Source of the DNA: Alphaproteobacteria bacterium
GTDB taxonomy: Bacteria > Pseudomonadota > Alphaproteobacteria > UBA6615
Direction of reading: 5' to 3'
Length of the DNA stretch: 64,000 nt
Assembly: GCA_028279245.1 (NCBI GenBank)
Contig: JANQOE010000040.1
Coordinates: 4,121-68,120 of the forward strand
Shown: positions 19,326 through 28,534 of the stretch, piece by piece
Layout of the letters: each line of letters opens with the position of its first letter
How positions within the stretch are numbered: position 1 is the first letter of the stretch
The notes under the pieces: generated by a model
What the model was told of the DNA's origin: nothing
Database searches by the model: none
What the model saw: the letters and a program-made list of their open reading frames with translations, nothing else
Program-made: the position numbers and the translations under genes

Positions 19326-19715
19326 ATGGCTGGACTTAGCGAACAGTTAGCTGACAACGAAGAAGTGAAACGCGATTGGACAGAACGGCCGTGGGGAACC
19401 CACGCCACCATCTACCGGTCCGATGCCGGCGTGATCCACATCATGAGCGTCAAGCCCAAGGCACGTCTCTCACTTCGGCAGAACTTCGACCATACCGAAC
19501 ACTGGACCATTGCTCAGGGCAACGCCGAGGTTCGGCACGGTGAGCAAATCCATAATCTCGGCAAGGGCGGCTCGATTCTCATACCCAACGGGACTGTTCA
19601 CGCGCTTGAGAATGCTGGCGACACGCCGCTGGTACTTGTCCAACTCCAACTGGATAAAGCCACCGAAGGCACAGACGAGGATATCCCGGCCACTCAGACA
19701 TACCCCGCGAGTTAA
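19326..19715 (+). CDS. Cupin-2 protein homologous to the C-terminal mannose-6-phosphate isomerase domain of type-II PMI/GMP (AlgA/ManC)
   Basis: ERPWGTHATIY…HIMSVKPKARLSLRQNFDHTEHWTIAQGNAEV…ILIPNGTVHALENAGDTPLVLVQLQ matches the type-II PMI cupin consensus (RPWG…LSLQ.H.HR.EHW…G.A.V…IP.G..H.L.N.G). Confidence 0.7.
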   Translation: MAGLSEQLADNEEVKRDWTERPWGTHATIYRSDAGVIHIMSVKPKARLSLRQNFDHTEHWTIAQGNAEVRHGEQIHNLGKGGSILIPNGTVHALENAGDTPLVLVQLQLDKATEGTDEDIPATQTYPAS

Positions 19716-21337
19716 TGCGTCGCACAGCAACGAACCAAAGCCGTACCGGGTTCTTGCCGGTTCTATCTGCGTATGGCCGTCCACTCGTGGCCACGCTGTG
19801 CGCTGCTGCCCTCGCAATAAATGTCGGACTCGCCGACGCCCGCGCGGCTGAGAACACTGATCCACCAATCGAAATCACGCCAATTGATGGACCGGTCTAT
19901 CATCCGGCACTCCCCGAACTCCCCGACCTTACACCCTACACCACGGAGGCCGTCCGCAATCTGATACCCCGGACCTTCGACGGCAGGAAAGCCCAGCTCC
20001 GCCCGCTGCAGGACGTCCCCACCGTCTCCTTGGCTCATCTGTTCGAGATGAGTCCCTTCTGGCTAGAGCAAGGCGACCTAGACCCGAAGGGCATCGTCCT
20101 GCAACGCGGCACCTACACCCTGGAAATGCTCGAGCAGCACATCGACGATGCCGCCGTATTCGCCAGAGAAGCGGAAAGTACCTACCTGCTACGACGGCCC
20201 ATAATCGTCCTTCCGAACGCCACCCTGGTCATCCGTGACGGAGAGTGGTTGAAGCTAGATCTGCACGCCGGCGTCTTCATTTCTGTCACCGGCCAGTTCA
20301 TCATGGCGGATTCCAGCCTCACCACCTGGGACAGGCATACCGCCACCATCGGCAAACGTGAGGAAATACCTCCCGAAACACTGCTTCTCTACGGTCTACA
20401 AAAACCCCGACCGTTCTATCTAGCAATGAACGGGTCCAAGACTTACATGGCGAACTCCCATATCGCCGGACTCGGCTACAAAGGCATCAACAGCACGTTC
20501 GGGCTATCGCTATCACCAACACCAAAGAACGAACTCGGATTGGGCAAACACTTGAGGCGATTGCCGGATCCAACGGGCTGGTTCATCGGCAACAGGATCG
20601 AGAGCTTGTTCTTCGGTTTCTACACGCATAAGGCCCGAGATGTTGTCGTTGTCGGGAACGATTTCGTCAGAAACGTCATATATGCGATTGATCCACATGA
20701 CTATTCTGTAAACCTCATCATTGCGCGAAACATCGTCCGCGAAACCAAGAAAGCCCACGGCATCATTTTCTCGCGCGGCGTAGCCGACAGTTGGATATTC
20801 GAGAATGTAGCGTACCGAAATGCTGGAAGTGGCATCATGCTCGATCGCGACAGCACCGACAATGTAATTTACGGGAATACCGTCATCGAAAACCTGGGTG
20901 ACGGCATCGCGATATACGAAAGCAACAATGCACTCGTCTGGGGAAATGATATTCGACTAAATGGTCGGGACGGCATTTATGTTCGCAACAGCTGGGACGC
21001 CGAGATTAGAGAGAATAACATTCAGAGAAATGGCGAGAATGGTATCGAAGTCGCGGTCGTCAACATCGATTTTCTAGAGACGAGAGACTTCGAGCTTGAT
21101 CCATACGACAAGCGGTCGAAGGCTCGAATAGTGGCGAACATCTTCGACGCGAACACAAACAGTGCAGTCGCCACCAAAGACGCCGACATAGTCCATCTAG
21201 CCGAAAACCATTACATGGACTCCGGACCGCTTTTCTTTTCCGGGGACTTAGAGACGATTGGCGGAAGACTAATCCGGGATCTGTTCGTGAAAAACCTCTC
21301 TGTCGATATCGTCAAACGTGGAGTGTTGAATGACTGA
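19715..21337 (+). CDS. algG: Periplasmic right-handed beta-helix protein, AlgG-like mannuronan C5-epimerase
   Basis: Signal peptide, tandem CASH/PbH1 repeats (…RNVIYAIDPHDYSVNLIIARN…NAGSGIMLDRDSTDNVIYGNTV…DGIAIYESNNALVWGNDI…DGIYVRNSWDAEIRENNI…). Contains the DPHD tetrad that is catalytic in Pseudomonas AlgG. Confidence 0.65.
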   Translation: MRRTATNQSRTGFLPVLSAYGRPLVATLCAAALAINVGLADARAAENTDPPIEITPIDGPVYHPALPELPDLTPYTTEAVRNLIPRTFDGRKAQLRPLQDVPTVSLAHLFEMSPFWLEQGDLDPKGIVLQRGTYTLEMLEQHIDDAAVFAREAESTYLLRRPIIVLPNATLVIRDGEWLKLDLHAGVFISVTGQFIMADSSLTTWDRHTATIGKREEIPPETLLLYGLQKPRPFYLAMNGSKTYMANSHIAGLGYKGINSTFGLSLSPTPKNELGLGKHLRRLPDPTGWFIGNRIESLFFGFYTHKARDVVVVGNDFVRNVIYAIDPHDYSVNLIIARNIVRETKKAHGIIFSRGVADSWIFENVAYRNAGSGIMLDRDSTDNVIYGNTVIENLGDGIAIYESNNALVWGNDIRLNGRDGIYVRNSWDAEIRENNIQRNGENGIEVAVVNIDFLETRDFELDPYDKRSKARIVANIFDANTNSAVATKDADIVHLAENHYMDSGPLFFSGDLETIGGRLIRDLFVKNLSVDIVKRGVLND

Positions 21338-24300
21338 ATACCGTCGGAGAACCAAGTCCAGAAAGCAGGAAATGAAGTCATATCCAAGCACTTTCTTGAT
21401 CGCGACCCTGCTTACTCTGGCCGCCTGCGGGGCCGCAAACACCAGTCCCACATCTGATCAGGGAGCCGAACTCACCCAGCCTCGATCAGAGCAATCAGCG
21501 GCAGATCGGGCAGGTTCGGAACGCGCCCGCGAACTCCTGCAACTTGGCGAACGCGCCGAGTTGGGCATTGATCGGCGTCAGGACTACTGGAAAGCGTCAT
21601 GGTGGTATCGGCGTGCCGCTCAACAGGGAAGTGAAGAGGCGCGCGCACGGTTAGGCGCCTTGTACGTAAACGGCCGCGGTGTCTCGAAAAACGTTGAGGA
21701 AGGGCTCCGGCTCCTGCAAATCGCCGCAGACCGCGGCCACGGTCCTGCCTCCGCGCGACTTGGGGAAATCTACGAGAAGGGCAAACATGTCGAGCGGGAT
21801 CTAGCAACCGCGGCACACCACTACGAAAACGCTGCGCAAGCGGGCGACCCCGAGGCAATGGTCAAGCTCGGCGAACTCTACGAAGCAGGCACCGGCCGGA
21901 CACAAAACGAAACGGAGGCTGCAAAGTACTTCCAACGCGCCGCCGATGCCGGTGACACCACAATCCTCCGCAAACTCGCCGGATACTACGACAAAGGCAT
22001 CGGAGTGGAGCAGAGCTACGCCGTCGCGGCCGACCTATACAACCGCGCAGTAGCCGCGGGAGATACCAGAGCACTCCGCTCATTGGCCTCTTACCACGAA
22101 AACGGACTCGGCGTACCGCAGAGCTTCGACCAGGCCGCAGCACTTTATGACGCCGCTGCCGCAACGGGAGATGCTAAAGCGCTGCTGGGCCTCGCCTCGC
22201 TCTATGAGCGCGGCTTGGGTGTCCCACAAGACATTGAACGGGCAATTCAACTACACGAGCAAGCCATTGCCGCCGGCGAGAAGAAGGCCTTGCGACAGCT
22301 CGCTGACCTGTATGTGAGCAACCCGTCCATACTCGAAGGCGAAGCAACAGTTGCACAGGCCGTAACCGATCAACAGCAATGGGCCCAAGCGGAGACTCCA
22401 CGCCGTTCAAGTGCCTTCGAGCAAGCCGCTGAGCTCTATCGCCGCGCGGCGGAGGCAGGTGACGTCACAGCACTGAGACGCCTAGCCGAGCTTTATGAGA
22501 CCGGACGCGGCGTCCAGCGGGATCCTCACCAGGCTGCGGATCTGTACAAGCAAGCAGCGGATGCCGGTGACGTGAAGTCCATAAAGGCCTTGGCCGAAAT
22601 GTATGTGGTCGGCCGCGGTGTCGAACAGGATTACCGTCGCGTTGTAGAGCTGTACGAGCAAGCCATCCGGCATGGCGATACAGACGCGGTAATGGACCTC
22701 GCCGATATCTACAAAGAGGGCAGAGGTGTCCCGCACGACTATGACCGGGCGCTTACACTCTACGAGCAAGCTGCGGCAACGGGCGACACCAAAGCTCTTC
22801 GCCAACTCGCCGAAATGCACAGAGTCGGCCTAGGCGTGGAAATAGACCACATACGCGCCGCGGAATTCACCAAAAACGCGGCTGATGCCGGCGACCTAAG
22901 AGCGATGCGTGATCTGGCCTCGCTGTACGAGAACGGTGAAGGCATCGAGCAAGACTTTAGCCAAGCCGCGGAACTGTACCAAGCAGTGATCGACGCTGGC
23001 GATGCGAAAGGACTACGAAAGCTCGCCGCGCTCTATGAGAAGGGGCGGGGAGTCACCCAGGACTACGACCAGGCGGCAAGCCTGTACGAACAGGCCCTTG
23101 AGGCCGGAGATCTTCAGGCAATTCGCAACCTAGCCAAAATGTATGAGGAAGGCCTGGGCGTTGATCGTGACTTGGTTCGCGCGGCTGAGTTACTTGAACG
23201 CGGTGTCGCGGCCGGCCAAGTAAAAGCCTTACGGGATCTGGGCGCCCTGTACGAAACCGGACAGGGCGTCACTCAAGACTTTGAACGCGCCGCAGAGCTG
23301 TACGGCCAGGCAATCGAAGCAGGTGACAACAAAGCAGCACGCCAACTGGCCGCGCTCTATATGGACGGCAGGGGCGTAGCACAGGACATCCCACGAGGCA
23401 TACAGCTCTACGAACAAGCAATCGAAGCTGGGGATCAGACAGCACTTCGCACCCTGGGAAAGATGTTCGCCGACGGTGACCAAGTCGAACAGGACATCCC
23501 ACGGGCTCTGGAACTCCTGAAGCGCGCAGCAGACGCCGGTGACACGCGCGCAATGCTCGACCTAGCTGAACTCTACATCGAGGGTCACGGCGTGGAGCCC
23601 GATGCCGACCGTGCTATCGAGTACTACGAGAAAGCCAGTGACGCCGGCGACTTGGACGCTCTAAGGAGCCTCGCGCAACGCTATGCGGCAGGCGCGGGAA
23701 TCCAACAGGACCCCGACGAAGCGATCAGGCTACTGACTCGAGCTGGCAACGCAGGAAGCACCCAAGCACTGGTGGATTTGGCTGCGCTTTACATTGATGG
23801 TGAAAACATCCCAAAAGACCCATCTAAAGCGGCTGCCTTGTACGAGCAAGCCGCGACAACCGGTGACGTAGCGGCACAGCGCAAACTAGCGGACCTATTG
23901 CTTTCCGGTGACGGTCTGGCGGTCGACCCAGTGCGAGCAGCAGGCCTCTATCAGCAGGCGGCAAACGCGGGTGATGCCAGCGCTGCCGACAAGCTCGGAA
24001 GGCTATATGAGAGTGGCATCGGCGTGCGCCAGGACCACACGCATGCCGTCCAACTCTATGAGCAAGCAATAGCGGCTGGCGCAGGCGCGGCCGCAAAGCG
24101 GCGGCTTGGAAAACTGCTGGTCGACGGCCAAGGCATCAAACATGACCCGGGCCGCGCGGCACAGCTGTTTCAAGAGGCGATTGACGGAGGCAGCCACGCC
24201 GCAATCCTGAACCTGGCAGAACTGCTTGAGGACGGCCTGGACGATCCACCCGACGACCTTGCGCAAGCCGCTTCCCTATATGAGACCGCAGCGAGCGTAG

Positions 24301-25985
24301 GCGATGCAACTGCGGCACGACGGCTTGCGAACATCTACCGCAACGGACGCGGGGTGACCCGAAACTACGAACGCGCCGCAGAGCTATTCCTAACAGCGGC
24401 GGAAAACGGTCAGGCCAACGCACTGATAGAACTTGGGACCATGCATGAAGAGGGCGAAGGCTTCCCGAAGGACATCGGCCAGGCCGCCGAACTCTACTGG
24501 CGCGCGGCCGATGCCGGCGAACCAAAAGGGCTCAGGAAGTTGGCCGATCTGACGAAAGCAGGGCTTCTCGGCCCGGAAAATGATACCGGCGCCATAGAGC
24601 TATACAAGCAGGCTGCGGATACAGGAGACGCCCACGCGTTGACTCGGATTGCCAGCATGCATGAGGCGGGCGTCAACGGCGGCGACCCAGATTTTGAGAT
24701 GGCAGGCAACTACTATCGCCGCGCCATCGATGCTGGTGACAACTCGGCAAAACGTAAACTGGCAGCCATGTACGCGGACGGTCGCGGTGTTCCGCAAGAC
24801 TTGGCGCGCGCCGCCCGTATCTACGAAGACGCCGTCGAATCGGGCGACTACAAGGCGGCGCCTGCTTTGGCCCGCTTGTATCAGGAAGGGCAAGGCGTTG
24901 CGCAGAGTCCAGCCGACGCGTTTCAACTTTATCAGCTTGCCGTGGACAACGGCGACCAAGCTAGCCTGCGACCACTCGCCATAATGTACGAAGAGGGCCG
25001 CGGGACCACACAGGACTTCGTCCACGCCGCCGAACTCTACGAACGCGCCGCCGCGAACGGCGACGACAAGGCATTAGTCAGGCTCATTCTTTTGCAGGAG
25101 CGGGGAGCCGTCCCATCTACCGACAAAATGAAGCAAGCTCTCCTAGATCAACTGATCGACGCCGGTGAAGCTAAGCAACTCAACCGCCTAGCCGACACTT
25201 ATTTGGCAAGTCTCGATGTTGAGCGGATCGCCACAAGCGCCATCCCGCTCTATGAGCGTGCAGCAGACCTCGAGGACCCCCACGCCCATCTCCAACTGGC
25301 CAGGATCTTTGATGAGGGCTATGGCACATCACAAGACTATGAACGGGCAGCCGAACACTATACGGCGGCGATCGAACTCGGTAACGCGGGCGGACTACCT
25401 GGACTGGCGCGGCTCCACGAACTCGGCCTTGGCATGCCCCAGGACCCTCAACAAGCCGAGGCGCTACATGACAGAGCTCTCAAGGCGGGCACCCCAACCA
25501 TGCCAGAGAGCCTCGTGGAATCAGCACGACTACGGCGTGGAACGGAGTTGCTCCAGTCAGAAAACAGCCAAGATGCTCAAGTCGGAGTCCAACTCATTCA
25601 GGAGGCTGCAGACGGTGGCAGCATACGGGCAATGCGCCAGCTAGGGCAGTTGTACGAAAAGGGTGAGTTGGTGGCTGCCAGCCCAGAACTAGCGGCGGAG
25701 TGGTACGAACGAGGCGCGCGTGACAATGATCTTGCCGCTGTCCACCGGTTGGCCATGCTGTACCTAACCAACCCGACAGCAACCGACACGCAAAGGCAAG
25801 AAGGATTGGTCCTACTGGCCACTGCTGTCCAACAGGAGCATCCGCCAGCCATAGCTGAATTCCAGATGGCCCTGGACACCCTAGGCATTGACGAAGGGCA
25901 ATTCGAGGCGGCTCTCGAAAACGCCGGTACCAGACTTGCGTGTGGTGTGTACATCCTGGACGGTGCGAACTGTGCCACGCCTTGA
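21330..25985 (+). CDS. Giant Sel1-repeat (TPR-like) lipoprotein, AlgK-like scaffold expanded to about 35 repeats
   Basis: Lipoprotein signal and lipobox (LLTLAACGAANT). From about residue 60 on, the Sel1 unit (A…LA.LY..G.GV.QD…A..LY..AA.AGD..A) recurs at least 33 times by my count. 1551 aa. Overlaps the upstream gene by 8 bp. Confidence 0.8.
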   Translation: MTEYRRRTKSRKQEMKSYPSTFLIATLLTLAACGAANTSPTSDQGAELTQPRSEQSAADRAGSERARELLQLGERAELGIDRRQDYWKASWWYRRAAQQGSEEARARLGALYVNGRGVSKNVEEGLRLLQIAADRGHGPASARLGEIYEKGKHVERDLATAAHHYENAAQAGDPEAMVKLGELYEAGTGRTQNETEAAKYFQRAADAGDTTILRKLAGYYDKGIGVEQSYAVAADLYNRAVAAGDTRALRSLASYHENGLGVPQSFDQAAALYDAAAATGDAKALLGLASLYERGLGVPQDIERAIQLHEQAIAAGEKKALRQLADLYVSNPSILEGEATVAQAVTDQQQWAQAETPRRSSAFEQAAELYRRAAEAGDVTALRRLAELYETGRGVQRDPHQAADLYKQAADAGDVKSIKALAEMYVVGRGVEQDYRRVVELYEQAIRHGDTDAVMDLADIYKEGRGVPHDYDRALTLYEQAAATGDTKALRQLAEMHRVGLGVEIDHIRAAEFTKNAADAGDLRAMRDLASLYENGEGIEQDFSQAAELYQAVIDAGDAKGLRKLAALYEKGRGVTQDYDQAASLYEQALEAGDLQAIRNLAKMYEEGLGVDRDLVRAAELLERGVAAGQVKALRDLGALYETGQGVTQDFERAAELYGQAIEAGDNKAARQLAALYMDGRGVAQDIPRGIQLYEQAIEAGDQTALRTLGKMFADGDQVEQDIPRALELLKRAADAGDTRAMLDLAELYIEGHGVEPDADRAIEYYEKASDAGDLDALRSLAQRYAAGAGIQQDPDEAIRLLTRAGNAGSTQALVDLAALYIDGENIPKDPSKAAALYEQAATTGDVAAQRKLADLLLSGDGLAVDPVRAAGLYQQAANAGDASAADKLGRLYESGIGVRQDHTHAVQLYEQAIAAGAGAAAKRRLGKLLVDGQGIKHDPGRAAQLFQEAIDGGSHAAILNLAELLEDGLDDPPDDLAQAASLYETAASVGDATAARRLANIYRNGRGVTRNYERAAELFLTAAENGQANALIELGTMHEEGEGFPKDIGQAAELYWRAADAGEPKGLRKLADLTKAGLLGPENDTGAIELYKQAADTGDAHALTRIASMHEAGVNGGDPDFEMAGNYYRRAIDAGDNSAKRKLAAMYADGRGVPQDLARAARIYEDAVESGDYKAAPALARLYQEGQGVAQSPADAFQLYQLAVDNGDQASLRPLAIMYEEGRGTTQDFVHAAELYERAAANGDDKALVRLILLQERGAVPSTDKMKQALLDQLIDAGEAKQLNRLADTYLASLDVERIATSAIPLYERAADLEDPHAHLQLARIFDEGYGTSQDYERAAEHYTAAIELGNAGGLPGLARLHELGLGMPQDPQQAEALHDRALKAGTPTMPESLVESARLRRGTELLQSENSQDAQVGVQLIQEAADGGSIRAMRQLGQLYEKGELVAASPELAAEWYERGARDNDLAAVHRLAMLYLTNPTATDTQRQEGLVLLATAVQQEHPPAIAEFQMALDTLGIDEGQFEAALENAGTRLACGVYILDGANCATP

Positions 25986-26541
25986 TCCGCCGCCCGCTCG
26001 CATCTCCAAGCGGGGCACACACACCATCGTCAGATCCATAAGCAGCGCCATAGTATTTTTTGCCGCTGCGGTGGCCACGACGACGGCCGCGGCTGCGGAC
26101 ACTCCCGTCGTTGACCCCAAGCGTTTCGAGGCCGTGCAAGCGCTGAACCTTCAGCTAGAGGCTACGACCCTGGCGACCTCGGAACGCAGTCCAAATGATT
26201 CACAACGCGTCAACGGCAATCAAAGCCGCAAAACCTTGGCAGAAATACTTAACAGCGGCCCAGCCGAACGTTTCCAGCGAAAGATGGCCGCCAGCAACCA
26301 TCTTCATCAGCTAAGAAACGAACGGGTTGCACGCGAGCGCGCCGAGCAAGAGGAAGCCACCGGAGAAGATCGAGCCCGCATCGATCGCGCGACAAGTCGA
26401 CGCCGCGCGAGCGAAGTTATCGCCCGGCACATACCGAAAAGAGAGGTCGATGAACTCCAAGCCGCTCTCACCGAAGCGATGGACCTCGTTAACCTGCACC
26501 GCGAGGCGGAGAACCTGATCCAGCTCGAGTTCGACCGCTAA
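25888..26541 (+). CDS. Hypothetical secreted, highly charged/coiled-coil protein
   Basis: ORF opens at TTG 25888 inside the 3' end of the Sel1 gene. A GTG at 25972 would give a clean Sec signal (…RISKRGTHTIVRSISSAIVFFAAAVATTTAAAA/DTP) with only a 14-bp overlap. The rest is R/E-rich helical. Confidence 0.45.
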   Translation: MTKGNSRRLSKTPVPDLRVVCTSWTVRTVPRLDPPPARISKRGTHTIVRSISSAIVFFAAAVATTTAAAADTPVVDPKRFEAVQALNLQLEATTLATSERSPNDSQRVNGNQSRKTLAEILNSGPAERFQRKMAASNHLHQLRNERVARERAEQEEATGEDRARIDRATSRRRASEVIARHIPKREVDELQAALTEAMDLVNLHREAENLIQLEFDR

Positions 26542-27740
26542 ACCGTTTGCTGCCGCCTCAAATCATCAACAGCCACGGCCTCATTCTGCTGGTCCCGGCG
26601 AGAAGACAAGAGTTCCATAAGCCGAGCCGCCCCGACCGAGCCGCTCCGACCGACATTAAACACAAGCCGATCCCGTGCAGTTCGAATACGTGCAACCGCA
26701 ACCTCATTTGCATCCGTCGCTAGTCGTCGGATCACCGCTCCAATCTCGCCGAGCTGATCCGGTGACACCACGGCGCCAAGTTCCGCCCGAACGCTGACCT
26801 CCACTGGCTCCAGACCCAAGCGATGGTAATCCGGGTTACGTACCTTCCGCGGGACGTCCACAAACACCACCGGTCGCTCTTGGCTAAACGCAAAGTCCAG
26901 CGCCGCCCCAGACCAATCGCTCACCATGATATCCGCGCCAAGCAATGACTCGGCCGACGAGATGTTATCGTCGTAGACGAACCGTTCATGAGATCCGAAC
27001 CGGCTCCGTATCTCCTTTAGTGTGTTCGCGGACCGCCGCTTCGTCTCTGGATGGGGCCGAACCGTGACCGCCAACCCGGCATCGATCAACGCACCAACGA
27101 CTTCGTCCCCCAACGTTTCCAAAAGACCATCTGGCCCCCATGACGGGGCGACAAGAACCGATATCGGGTCATCAGGTCCTCTTGTCCGCTGGAGTCCTTG
27201 TGCTCGTCCAGCAATTATCCGATCAAGGCGACCATAACCATGTTCGAACAGCCGTTTTTCCGGCAACCCATGAAGTGCCTCCGCCGCACGTATCTCCTCA
27301 ACATGATGCGGTCCGGCACAGAATATCTCATCGAAATGGTCGAACGCTTCTTGTCGATAGACCATGTGCGAGCTGACGATCGAGTGATGGATATACACAT
27401 ATGAAACAGGGTAGACGGAGCGCTTTAGCTGGAGGGTCTGCAGATCGGGCGTGGTCATGACGAGAACCTCCGCCTGCAGGGTCCGGAAAAGCATGGTTCT
27501 GGTAACTTGGTCGCCAACAAAGAACCCGGAAACCCGACCATCGTCTAGCTTGAGGCCAGGGTCATTGCGGTCCGACGCCAAGTAGCAGATGGATTGGCCG
27601 TGATCCTTCAGAAGGCTCAAAATCACCGGCTCCAGATGCGGCCAGCTAAAGCTCCCCTCCGAATAGAAGACAATCCCACGCGCCTCGGCGGGCAGTGACT
27701 GAAAGCGGCGCGAACCACGCCAAGCATCCATCAAGCGCAT
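26538..27740 (-). CDS. CDP-alcohol (CDP-glycerol-type) phosphotransferase, TagB/TagF family
   Basis: C-terminal MVSDWSGAALDFAFSQERPVVF parallels the TagF active-site region (…TDYSS..FD……P…F). 400 aa, soluble. 4-bp overlap with the convergent upstream ORF end. Confidence 0.6.
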   Translation of the reverse strand: MRLMDAWRGSRRFQSLPAEARGIVFYSEGSFSWPHLEPVILSLLKDHGQSICYLASDRNDPGLKLDDGRVSGFFVGDQVTRTMLFRTLQAEVLVMTTPDLQTLQLKRSVYPVSYVYIHHSIVSSHMVYRQEAFDHFDEIFCAGPHHVEEIRAAEALHGLPEKRLFEHGYGRLDRIIAGRAQGLQRTRGPDDPISVLVAPSWGPDGLLETLGDEVVGALIDAGLAVTVRPHPETKRRSANTLKEIRSRFGSHERFVYDDNISSAESLLGADIMVSDWSGAALDFAFSQERPVVFVDVPRKVRNPDYHRLGLEPVEVSVRAELGAVVSPDQLGEIGAVIRRLATDANEVAVARIRTARDRLVFNVGRSGSVGAARLMELLSSRRDQQNEAVAVDDLRRQQTV

Positions 27741-28534
27741 AACAACTCGCCTGGCTCGGCCAACTGACAGAATCGGGCCAAGTCCCCCCTACTCTTCCTA
27801 TCTTCGATGAAGTTGACATCTGCAACCGAGTCCACCTCAAGCCAACCACCGCTAATACACGCCGCATGTACAGGCTCACCGCGATCAACCATGATCTGCA
27901 GGAAGTCTGTCATGTACAGGTCGCGTTTCTTCCGCCCTCGGATGCCAAAGTCGTTGTCCAGATTTCGGTAAAGATCTACCAGATGGCGGCCCGACCCAGC
28001 AGCTATTTTCAGTAATCCGACGTAACGAGCATCGATGTCGTCGGAGCTTGTTGGTACATCCCCGATCTCCGTAATAAGGTTTGACGGACCCATCTTAAGG
28101 GTTTCCGAGTCCTCTAGAAGATCGTTGTACCGAGCCCGCCAATAAGCCCGCCAGGACGTGTCCACCGTCACGGCAACGCTTCCGTCCTCCTGCAGCAGGC
28201 TTCTTAGTACCCGCGCCTCAAAAACGATATCGCCGTACGAAATGATGGCGTCTTCACCAGAACCAAGCACCTCCTCTGCACACATCAGCGACTCAACCAT
28301 GTTTGAGGTGGCGTAGGCTGGGTTACGAATTGTGCGGCAACCGGAAGGCCGAATCTGATCGCCTTCGAAGCCGGTCACGATGGTTATGTCGGTGATACCG
28401 CACTCACGGAGAACCGCCAGCTGACGGTGCAGAATGGGCACCTCACCGATCTCCACTAAGCACTTCGGTCGATTGGTCGTTAAGGGACGGAGTCGCGTCC
28501 CCTGGCCGGCCGCAAGAATGATCGCCTGAGTCAT
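27731..28534 (-). CDS. Sugar/alcohol-phosphate nucleotidyltransferase (LicC/NTP_transferase family; likely cytidylyltransferase)
   Basis: AIILAAGQGTRLRPLTTNRPKCLVEIG…ITDITIVTGFEGDQI aligns with LicC (AIILAAGLGTRLRPMTENTPKALV…INDIIIIVGY). 10-bp overlap with the downstream gene. Confidence 0.75.
   Translation of the reverse strand: MTQAIILAAGQGTRLRPLTTNRPKCLVEIGEVPILHRQLAVLRECGITDITIVTGFEGDQIRPSGCRTIRNPAYATSNMVESLMCAEEVLGSGEDAIISYGDIVFEARVLRSLLQEDGSVAVTVDTSWRAYWRARYNDLLEDSETLKMGPSNLITEIGDVPTSSDDIDARYVGLLKIAAGSGRHLVDLYRNLDNDFGIRGRKKRDLYMTDFLQIMVDRGEPVHAACISGGWLEVDSVADVNFIEDRKSRGDLARFCQLAEPGELLCA

Noticed and set aside
25888-25985. 98-bp overlap between the Sel1 giant gene and the downstream secreted-protein ORF
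   Set aside because: The overlap is probably an artefact of taking the longest ORF. An in-frame GTG at 25972 gives a canonical signal peptide and reduces the overlap to 14 bp.
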